Source of the DNA: Thermoplasmatota archaeon
GTDB taxonomy: Archaea > Thermoplasmatota > JAKEGO01
Assembly (NCBI GenBank): GCA_028279595.1
Contig: JANQNK010000020.1
Span: forward strand, 32,001 to 96,000
DNA length: 64,000 nucleotides
Direction of reading: 5' to 3'
Shown here: positions 50,944 to 58,929 of the stretch, piece by piece
How positions within the stretch are numbered: the stretch's first letter is position 1
Layout: every line of letters starts with the position of its first letter
Made by a program: the position numbers and the translations under genes
The notes under the pieces: model-generated
What the model was told of the DNA's origin: nothing
Databases searched by the model: none
What the model saw: only the letters and a program-made list of their open reading frames with translations

Positions 50944-51091
50944 GGATACGGGCGGGTCGTCAGGCCCACATATCAGATTCTCATGGATCCCGCGAAATAG
51001 TCGAATTCGGAGCGGATTTTGGTACTTGTCGATGATCGCTCCTCCCGAAAGGGCTTAATACCCCTATCTGAGTGCAGGGCCGGTGTGACAC

Positions 51092-51706
51092 ATGAATGTC
51101 AACGTCGCGATGAACCGATGGGACCTCTCGGTCCGTCGGTACCATGCCTGGAAGCATGAGACCACGTATGTGAACATGACGCTGCTGGCGCTCGCCTTCG
51201 CGGCCCTGACCGGACTGGGTGCCTTCATAAAGGTCTACACCCCGATCTCACCGATACCGTTCACAGCGCAGACCTTCTTCGTCCTCATGTCGGGAGTGCT
51301 TCTCGGAAAGTACTGGGGAGCGTACAGCCAGATGCTCTACATCGGCATCGGTGTCGCCGGAGTACCCTGGTTCGTTGGAGGTGCCTCCGGGGCCGAGGTT
51401 CTGACGGGAGCGACCGCAGGCTACCTGTTCGGGTTCGTTCTCGCATCCGCCTTCCTCGGATGGATGACCGAGGGCGGTATCCAGAACAGGGAGACCAAGT
51501 CCCTGGTCGGACTCAATATCGTAGCATCCCTGATCATCCTGACGAGCGGCACCTTCGGGCTCGTGGCCCTCGGGTTCACACTCGAGCAGGCGATCCTCTT
51601 CGGATTCCTTCCGTTCCTCGTGACGGACGGTATAAAGTCGTTCGTCGCGGGCGGTACCTCCGTGATGATGACCTCGCGATTACCCTATGGAAGGATCACG
51701 GAGTGA
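51092..51706 (+). CDS. bioY: Biotin transporter BioY
   Basis: P.PFT.Q...V..SG.LLG...G..SQ..Y...G..G.P.F; T.GYL.GF; PF...D..K. Confidence 0.9.
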   Translation: MNVNVAMNRWDLSVRRYHAWKHETTYVNMTLLALAFAALTGLGAFIKVYTPISPIPFTAQTFFVLMSGVLLGKYWGAYSQMLYIGIGVAGVPWFVGGASGAEVLTGATAGYLFGFVLASAFLGWMTEGGIQNRETKSLVGLNIVASLIILTSGTFGLVALGFTLEQAILFGFLPFLVTDGIKSFVAGGTSVMMTSRLPYGRITE

Positions 51707-51888
51707 GCCAGGACAAGGGGGCGGATGCGAATGATGTCCGTCCCTACCCCTATATCCAGCATATCGATGATTCCCGGCCAGTATGTTCCTAATCGATACC
51801 ATTATAGTACTGAACTGTATCCCAAAATCGTCGAGACAGAGGGGGTGGGAACCTGAATGGACTGTTCGCTGATAGGAAGATAGTCGCA

Positions 51889-52953
51889 TTGGTGATGACG
51901 CTCGTACTGTTGGTCGTGATGATTGCAGGCCAGACCTATTTCTACGAGGACCCGGTCGAGGAGGAAGAGGACACCGGTGGCCTCGTCAGGGTCTACGACA
52001 GCCGCACGAAGATGGGCACCGTCGTGTCGATAATCGTTTACGCCGAGAGCGAGGAGGACGGACTGCGGGCGATCAATAAAGCGTTCAGTATGTTCGATAG
52101 CGTCGAACACCGTGCGACCCGGTACAATGAGAGTTCGGAGCTGATGCAGCTCAATCTCAATGGAACCATGCCGTATGCCTCACCCCATCTCGAGGAAATG
52201 TTTGAGGCTGCCATCGAATTCGGCAACCTCACCGATGGGGCGTTCGATGTGACCGTCCTGCCCTTGATCGACCTATGGTCTTACGATCCGGAGGCACCAG
52301 TACAGTTCTGGGACCTTAACGAATCTGAACAGATGACTGCCATCAATGACACGATGCCTTACATCGGTTGGGATAAGATAGAGATAATCGATCACAGCAC
52401 GACTACCAGGAACGTTACCATCCAATACGAGTCCAAGAAGATGTCCTGCACCCTCGACGGGATCGCAAAAGGCTACGCCGTCGACCGAGCCTTGTGGTCC
52501 TTAGCCCAATTGCACGGGATCGAACATGCCCTGGTGAACGCTGGCGGCGACATCGGGACCATTGGTACAAAGGCGAACGGAGACCTTTGGACCATCGCAA
52601 TGGAGAATCCCGAGAACGTCTCCGAGTTCATCATCAACGTTGAAGTTGATGGGATGGCTGTCGCGACCTCCGGCAACTACAGAAGGTTCTACGACCCGAA
52701 CGAATCCGTCGGACATATACTCGATCCATCCACTGGATACTCGGCCACGGAGAGCATGAGCGTAATGATAATCGCGGAGGACGCAACGACCGCCGATGCA
52801 CTGGCGACCGGCGTATTCGTCATGGGTCCGACAGATGGGATGGCGCTCATCGACACGCTCGACGACGTCGAAGCGCTCATCATCGGAGATGATAGCACCA
52901 TATACACTTCAGAAGGACTTACTGACTACGGCGAACTGGGGGTGGATGAATGA
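51889..52953 (+). CDS. apbE: FAD:protein FMN transferase (ApbE)
   Basis: MGT, SEL..LN, GAFD.T, GIAKGYAVD, NAGGD, ATSGNY, HI.DP.TG, AD.LAT; frame open further upstream (possible CTG start at 51853). Confidence 0.93.
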   Translation: MVMTLVLLVVMIAGQTYFYEDPVEEEEDTGGLVRVYDSRTKMGTVVSIIVYAESEEDGLRAINKAFSMFDSVEHRATRYNESSELMQLNLNGTMPYASPHLEEMFEAAIEFGNLTDGAFDVTVLPLIDLWSYDPEAPVQFWDLNESEQMTAINDTMPYIGWDKIEIIDHSTTTRNVTIQYESKKMSCTLDGIAKGYAVDRALWSLAQLHGIEHALVNAGGDIGTIGTKANGDLWTIAMENPENVSEFIINVEVDGMAVATSGNYRRFYDPNESVGHILDPSTGYSATESMSVMIIAEDATTADALATGVFVMGPTDGMALIDTLDDVEALIIGDDSTIYTSEGLTDYGELGVDE

Positions 52954-54275
52954 GCCTCGCAGCGATGTTCACGAAGAGCAAGGGCGTACATCCGCCCGAG
53001 AACAAGGTGACGGCGAACAAGAAGATCGAGAAGATGCCCCTCCCCAAGGTGGTCTATCTGCCGGTCGCCCAGCACATCGGCGCTCCGGCGAAGGTGATAG
53101 TGAAGCGGGGAGAGGAGGTCAAGACCGGACAGGTCATCGCCGAGGCCGGAGGATACGTCTCGGCTCCGATACACGCCACCGTGTCCGGGAAGGTCTCCAA
53201 GATAACCCAGGGGATCCACTTCGTGTCAGGAAAGCCGATGGACATCGTGGTCATCGAGTCCGACGGGAACGACGAGTGGGTGGAACTGGACAAGAAAACG
53301 AACCTCAGCGACATGGACAACGAGGAGATCCTCAAGCGCATCTGGGATGCCGGCCTGGTAGGAATGGGCGGCGCGACGTTCCCGACGCATGTCAAGCTCA
53401 AGCCTCCCAAGGACAAGCCCATTGACACGCTCATAATCAACGGGGCCGAGTGCGAGCCCTGGATAACCTCCGACAACCGCGTGATGCTCGAGAAGGGCGA
53501 GAAGGTCCTGAAGGGCGTCCGCGTGATGTTGAAGCTGATCCCCGCCAAGAAGGCCATCATAGCGATCGAGAAGAACAAGCCCGAGGCCATCGCCCATATG
53601 AAGAAGCTCGTCGCCAAGTCGAGGATGAAGAAGGTCGAAGTACTCGGCCTCCCGACCCAGTATCCGATGGGCGGCGAGAAGACGATGACCAAGGAGATAC
53701 TGGACAGGGAGGTCCCGATCCTCGGTCTTCCGCTCGACATCGGGGTCGTCGTTCAGAACGTCTCCACCTGCGTCGCCATCAGTGAGGCCGTCTTCGACGG
53801 CAAGCCGATGGTCGAGAGGGTCATGACCGTTACGGGGATGGTCAAGAAGCCGAAGAACCTCCTCGTGAGGTTCGGCACGCCGGTCGAGGACCTGATCGAG
53901 CACTGCGGAGGCATGAAGGACGAGGCCGATGAGATCATCTTCGGCGGGCCCATGATGGGAATAACCCAGTACACTCTCGACACTCCCGTCCAGAAGGGCA
54001 CGAACTGCGTCCTGATCAAGAAGAACACGAAGGCCGACGAGCGCAACTGCATCCGCTGCGCCAACTGCGTCAACACCTGCCCCATGGAGCTCATGCCGAC
54101 ACTCTACGTCGCCTACGCGAAGAAGAAGATGTGGGAGGAGGCCGAGGCGGCCTTCGTCGACGACTGCATGGAGTGCGGCTCCTGCGCGTACGCGTGTCCT
54201 GCAAGCATCCCGATCGTTCAGTACATCAAACTTGCCAAAGCTGAGCTTGGCAAGATAAGGAGGGCGAAGAAATGA
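52950..54275 (+). CDS. rnfC: Rnf complex subunit C
   Basis: QHIGAP, HA.VSG.V, GMGGA.FPT.VK, NGAECEP, YP.G.EK, GGPMMG, two CxxCxxCxxxCP motifs. Confidence 0.96.
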   Translation: MSLAAMFTKSKGVHPPENKVTANKKIEKMPLPKVVYLPVAQHIGAPAKVIVKRGEEVKTGQVIAEAGGYVSAPIHATVSGKVSKITQGIHFVSGKPMDIVVIESDGNDEWVELDKKTNLSDMDNEEILKRIWDAGLVGMGGATFPTHVKLKPPKDKPIDTLIINGAECEPWITSDNRVMLEKGEKVLKGVRVMLKLIPAKKAIIAIEKNKPEAIAHMKKLVAKSRMKKVEVLGLPTQYPMGGEKTMTKEILDREVPILGLPLDIGVVVQNVSTCVAISEAVFDGKPMVERVMTVTGMVKKPKNLLVRFGTPVEDLIEHCGGMKDEADEIIFGGPMMGITQYTLDTPVQKGTNCVLIKKNTKADERNCIRCANCVNTCPMELMPTLYVAYAKKKMWEEAEAAFVDDCMECGSCAYACPASIPIVQYIKLAKAELGKIRRAKK

Positions 54276-55273
54276 CGGCCGACGAGAAGGAGGTCGGGAG
54301 GACCTTCAAGGGTTCGACCAGTCCTCACGTGAAATCGACAACGTCCGTCGAGAGGATCATGTACCTCGTCATCATCGCCCTGCTGTTCCCGACTGCCGGC
54401 GCTGTCTACTACTTCGGTGTCTACGTCATATTCATCGTGATCACCGCGGTGGTCACCGCCATACTTGTCGAGTACATCTCGAAGATGCTCCGGAAGCGCC
54501 CCTTCGTGATGGACGGAAGCGCCATCATCACCGGTCTGCTACTCGCCCTGGTACTTCCACCGAGGATACCACTGTGGGCCGTCGCCATCGGCGCCGGCAT
54601 CGCCATCGCGATCGCAAAGGAGGCCTTCGGAGGACTCGGCCAGAACGTCTTCAATCCCGCTCTCGTTGGAAGGGCCTTCCTGACAGTGAGCTTCGCGGGA
54701 CTGATGACCAAGTGGGTCGCTCCCGTCGATTCCCCGACCGCGGATGCGGTCACGGGTGCAACGCCCCTCGGTGATGGGTTCGAGCGCTCGGTCGACTCGA
54801 GCCTCTACTGGGACATGTTCATCGGTAACACCGGCGGCTCCCTTGGCGAGACATCCGCCCTGCTGATATTGATCGGTGCGGCCATCCTTCTGGTGTTCAA
54901 GGTCATCAACTGGAGGATCCCGGCCGTCTACATCGGCACGGTGTTCGTGTTCACCGCAGTCCTTGGCGAGGACCCGATCTTCCATGTTCTCGCGGGCGGT
55001 CTGATGCTCGGAGCCTTCTTCATGGCCACCGACTACGCCACGGCACCCCTGACGAACAGAGGCAAGTGCATCTTCGCACTGGGCGCCGGCCTCCTGGTGG
55101 TGGCCATACGACTCTATGGCAGCCTGCCCGAGGGTGTCCTCTTCTCGATACTGATAATGAACGGGTTCACCCCGCTCATCGACAGGTACACCATCCCGAA
55201 ACCGTACGGCTACGTCCCGCCTCCCGAAGAGGATGACGGGAAGGAAGAGAAGAAGAAGGAGGGATCCAAGTGA
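54272..55273 (+). CDS. rnfD: Rnf complex subunit D
   Basis: SPH, FGGLGQN.FNPA..GR, FMN site DAVTGATPL, GSLGETS, FMATD. Confidence 0.96.
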   Translation: MTADEKEVGRTFKGSTSPHVKSTTSVERIMYLVIIALLFPTAGAVYYFGVYVIFIVITAVVTAILVEYISKMLRKRPFVMDGSAIITGLLLALVLPPRIPLWAVAIGAGIAIAIAKEAFGGLGQNVFNPALVGRAFLTVSFAGLMTKWVAPVDSPTADAVTGATPLGDGFERSVDSSLYWDMFIGNTGGSLGETSALLILIGAAILLVFKVINWRIPAVYIGTVFVFTAVLGEDPIFHVLAGGLMLGAFFMATDYATAPLTNRGKCIFALGAGLLVVAIRLYGSLPEGVLFSILIMNGFTPLIDRYTIPKPYGYVPPPEEDDGKEEKKKEGSK

Positions 55274-56037
55274 CAGGGATCAGCAAGGACGAGATCGTCC
55301 CGGTCCTCTTCCTTACGATCGTTGTCTGTGTTGCGGTGATCGCCCTCACGATAACGAACTCCATCACGAAGGACCTCATCGAGGAGCAGAAGGAGATCGA
55401 GATCAAGGAGAACCTCGAGAAGCTCTTCCCCGAGATGGACGACTTCGAGGAGGACGACGACGAGGAGTTCTACATCGTCTACCAGGGCAACAATCTCACG
55501 AACGGGACCGTCATTGGATTCGCGTTCACCGTCGAGGGTGAAGGATACGGCGGCACCATCGAGATGCTCGCCGGGATCGAGGCCTACTCATATCTGGCGA
55601 CCGAGAGGATCGGAGGCCAGGAGTTCAGTTACACCGTCACGCCGGACTTCGAACCCGCTGCCGATAACTGGACTGAGAGCGAGTTCCCCAACGGTACCAA
55701 GGTGTTCGAAGTGGACGACAACAACGGGTCCTACAAGATATTCGTCGAGAGGTCACCTCTCAATGAGACAGAGATCGACATGGTGACACTTCGTGGTTTG
55801 AGGATCGTCTTCCACGCCGAGACCCCCGGTCTTGGAGCGAAGATAACCGATGACGACTTCCTGAACCAGTTCAAGGGGATCGCACTCGGAGACCTTTCAC
55901 TCACGGCGGATGGAGGCGAGGTGGATGCCATCTCCGGCGCTACCATCAGTTCCGAGGCTGTGACCGATGGAGTTTATGACACCGTGAAGTCCAAGGTGAA
56001 GAAGATCAGCAAGTGGCTAGAGGAGGTGGACGCATGA
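55270..56037 (+). CDS. rnfG: Rnf complex subunit G (with insertion)
   Basis: N-terminal TM, GYGG.I, H.ETPGLG, FMN site DAISGATISS. Confidence 0.93.
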   Translation: MTGISKDEIVPVLFLTIVVCVAVIALTITNSITKDLIEEQKEIEIKENLEKLFPEMDDFEEDDDEEFYIVYQGNNLTNGTVIGFAFTVEGEGYGGTIEMLAGIEAYSYLATERIGGQEFSYTVTPDFEPAADNWTESEFPNGTKVFEVDDNNGSYKIFVERSPLNETEIDMVTLRGLRIVFHAETPGLGAKITDDDFLNQFKGIALGDLSLTADGGEVDAISGATISSEAVTDGVYDTVKSKVKKISKWLEEVDA

Positions 56038-56765
56038 CCGACGACAAGGTCTGCACGGTCTGCGGCGACGCGGAGTGCAAGGAGGGCCATCAGGTCTGTC
56101 ACACCTGCTTCAGCATGGCCCAGGCCGAGGACTTCGCCGCGCCCGCGAAGGATGGAGGTTTCATGGAGACCTTCAGGAAGGGGATCACTACCACGAACCC
56201 GGTGTTCATCCTGCTTCTGGGTCTCTGTCCGACACTTGCTGTCAGCACATCGCTCGACAACGCGTTCGGGATGAGCGCTGCCGTCATGTTCGTGCTTCTC
56301 GGTTCGAACATCATAGTCTCGATGATACGGAAGTGGGTCCCGGACATCGTTCGGATACCGACGTTCATCGTGATCATCGCGACCTTCGTGACGATAATCC
56401 ACCTGTCGATGCAGGCATTCGTGCCTCCGCTCAGCAAATCGCTCGGGATTTACGTACCGCTCATCGTCGTGAACTGCATCATCCTCGGCCGCGCTGAGGC
56501 GTTCGCATCCAAGAACGGTCCGTTGCAGAGCCTCTCCGACGCATTCGGGATCGGCATCGGCTTCGCCGGTGCGATCGTGCTGATATCGTTCTTCAGGCAG
56601 CTGCTGGGCACCGGGATACTGGAGCTGTTCGGGACCAAGCTCGTCGAGGTCCCAGGCCTCGTCGACCACCCGATGAACATATTCGTTCTCCCGATGGGAG
56701 CGTTCATGGTGCTTGGATTGGCGCTTGCGGCCTTCCGCTACATGGGGGTGATGGAAAATGAGTGA
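56034..56765 (+). CDS. rnfE: Rnf complex subunit E (Cys-rich N-extension)
   Basis: NP....LGLCP.LAV, RIP.FI.IIA, PLIVVNC.ILGRAE; ATG at 56034 after GGAGGTG. Confidence 0.95.
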   Translation: MTDDKVCTVCGDAECKEGHQVCHTCFSMAQAEDFAAPAKDGGFMETFRKGITTTNPVFILLLGLCPTLAVSTSLDNAFGMSAAVMFVLLGSNIIVSMIRKWVPDIVRIPTFIVIIATFVTIIHLSMQAFVPPLSKSLGIYVPLIVVNCIILGRAEAFASKNGPLQSLSDAFGIGIGFAGAIVLISFFRQLLGTGILELFGTKLVEVPGLVDHPMNIFVLPMGAFMVLGLALAAFRYMGVMENE

Positions 56766-57333
56766 CCTTATATCGATCTTCATCGGCATGGCGCTGATCA
56801 ACAACTTCATCCTGACGAAGTTCCTCGGGCTCTGCCCGTTCTTCGGCGTCTCGAAGAAGCTCAACGCGGCGATATCCATGGGGCTCGCGGTGATGGTGGT
56901 GATGCTGGCGGCATCGCTCGTCACCTGGGTCATCTACTACCAGATATTGCTGGTGTACGAGATCGAGTACATGCAGATCGTCATCTACATACTCGTGATC
57001 GCATCGCTCGTCCAGATCATCGAGATGGCCATCAAGCGCACCAACATCCAGCTCTACAACGCTCTCGGGATCTACCTCCCGCTGATAACGACGAACTGCG
57101 CTGTTCTCGGCGTCACGTTCATCAACACTCAGGAGGGATTCGGACTCGTTGAGGCGCTCGTAGCCGCTCTCGGTGCAGGATTCGGCTTCACCCTCGTCCT
57201 GGGCATGATGTCCGGGATCAGGGAGAGGCTCGAACTCGCCGACGTTCCAGAGTCCTTCAGGGGGATACCGGTCGCGTTCCTCGTCGCCATGATACTCGGA
57301 CTTGCGTTCCTCGGCTTCGGAGGGATAGTATGA
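56758..57333 (+). CDS. rnfA: Rnf complex subunit A
   Basis: NN..L..FLG.CPF.GVS, LGIYLPLITTNCAVLG, IRE. Confidence 0.96.
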   Translation: MSDLISIFIGMALINNFILTKFLGLCPFFGVSKKLNAAISMGLAVMVVMLAASLVTWVIYYQILLVYEIEYMQIVIYILVIASLVQIIEMAIKRTNIQLYNALGIYLPLITTNCAVLGVTFINTQEGFGLVEALVAALGAGFGFTLVLGMMSGIRERLELADVPESFRGIPVAFLVAMILGLAFLGFGGIV

Positions 57334-58145
57334 TCGACGGTCTGACCCTGATCATCATCGTGATCCTGACCCTGGTCGGGCTCGGATGCGGAATCGCCAT
57401 CTTCATCTTCAACCGGATCCTGCCGGAGGAGAGCGAGACACTGAAGGCGACCGCGAAGATTGCCGAGGTTCTTCCGGGGGCGAACTGCGGAGCCTGCGGA
57501 CAGCCCGGATGCTTCGCCTACGCCCAGGCCCTCGCCGCGGATCCTGAATCCTTCAAGGACCAGCCGTGCAAGATAGCCCTCAACGACGACCAGTGCGTCG
57601 CGGACCTCGAGAACGTCCTCGGGATGGAGCTCGACGCCGGAACGCCGGTGAAGGCCGTCGTCCATTGCGTCGGGAAGAGCGAGATCCTGTTCAACTACAA
57701 GGGAGTTGGAACCTGCAAGTCGGCTGCCCAGCTCTCCGGAGGATACAAGAAGTGCGCCTTCGGATGCATCGGGCTCGGTGACTGCCTCCGAGCCTGTCCC
57801 TACGACGCCTATACGATCGACGAGGAGAGGAATGTGGCCATCGTCGACTGGGACAAGTGCGTCGGCTGCGGCCTCTGTGTGCCGGAGTGTCCTCACGGAC
57901 TCATCGAGCTCGTTCCGAATGACACCGCACAGTTCCTCGGCTGCTCGTACACTACACTGCTCCCCATTCCTGGACGGGAGCGCTGCGAGCAGGCCTGCAT
58001 CAAGTGCCGGAAGTGCGTCAGAGCGGACGAGGAGGGTCGGGTGACGTGGAACGACGAGAGGATACTTCCGAACATCCCGTCGGTCGCGGTCCCGGAATCC
58101 GTAACGGAGTGCCCGCCGCAGGTCATTATTAAAACGGGCAAGTGA
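57330..58145 (+). CDS. rnfB: Rnf complex subunit B
   Basis: LPGANCGACG.PGC, C..GCIG.GDC...CP, CVGCG.C...CP. Confidence 0.94.
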   Translation: MIDGLTLIIIVILTLVGLGCGIAIFIFNRILPEESETLKATAKIAEVLPGANCGACGQPGCFAYAQALAADPESFKDQPCKIALNDDQCVADLENVLGMELDAGTPVKAVVHCVGKSEILFNYKGVGTCKSAAQLSGGYKKCAFGCIGLGDCLRACPYDAYTIDEERNVAIVDWDKCVGCGLCVPECPHGLIELVPNDTAQFLGCSYTTLLPIPGRERCEQACIKCRKCVRADEEGRVTWNDERILPNIPSVAVPESVTECPPQVIIKTGK

Positions 58146-58146
58146 A

Positions 58147-58171
58147 TCACCCTTTCCGAAAGGGGGTTGAT
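58147..58171 (+). terminator. Hairpin after rnfB
   Basis: ATCA-CCCTTT-CCG-AAAGGG-GG-TTGAT. Confidence 0.35.
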
Positions 58172-58176
58172 CTCAC

Positions 58177-58929
58177 ATGCAGTACGACCTGAAGGACAAG
58201 GTGGCAGTTGTAACGGGAGCATCGCGGGGTATAGGACGAGGCATCGCCCTCGAGCTCGCAAAGAGCGGTGCGTCCGTGATCGGAACCTTCATCACCCATA
58301 ACGAGGCGGCCAACGGGGTCAAGGGCGAGATCGAAGCGCTCGGTGGAGAGGCCGACATGATGCTCGCCGACGTCTCCCTCGAACAGGACGTCAAGAACCT
58401 CAGGGACCGCGTCATCGATTCCTATGGCTCCGTCCACTTCGTGGTGAACAATGCCGGGATCCATCAGCATCTCAAGTCGTGGGAGTTGACCCTCGAGGAC
58501 TGGAACCGGATCATATCAACGAACCTTACGGGAACGTTCCTTATGTCGAAGGCGTTCACTGTGGACATGAAGATGAGGAAGTACGGCAGGATAGTCAACA
58601 TCTCGTCATGTGCGTCGTACACCGGCACGGACCACGAGGTCCATTACGCCGCCTCCAAGGGCGGTATCAACTCCTTTACCAAGTCGCTCGCCCTTGAGCT
58701 CTCACCCTTCGGGATCAATGTGAACGCGGTCTCCCCGGGATTCATCGACACGGACATGCTCGTCTGGGACTCCGATGAGCAGAGGGCTGATACCGAGGCC
58801 ACGATCCCTCTCCAGCGGATCGGCGAACCAGCAGACATAGGGCACATGGTGGCTTTCCTCTGCTCACCTGGCGCCGACTACATCACTGGTCAGATGTTCC
58901 ATGTGAACGGCGGCCTCGTGATGCCCTAG
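58177..58929 (+). CDS. Classical SDR oxidoreductase (FabG-like)
   Basis: TGASRGIG, NNAG, NISS, YAASK, PG.IDT. Confidence 0.92.
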   Translation: MQYDLKDKVAVVTGASRGIGRGIALELAKSGASVIGTFITHNEAANGVKGEIEALGGEADMMLADVSLEQDVKNLRDRVIDSYGSVHFVVNNAGIHQHLKSWELTLEDWNRIISTNLTGTFLMSKAFTVDMKMRKYGRIVNISSCASYTGTDHEVHYAASKGGINSFTKSLALELSPFGINVNAVSPGFIDTDMLVWDSDEQRADTEATIPLQRIGEPADIGHMVAFLCSPGADYITGQMFHVNGGLVMP

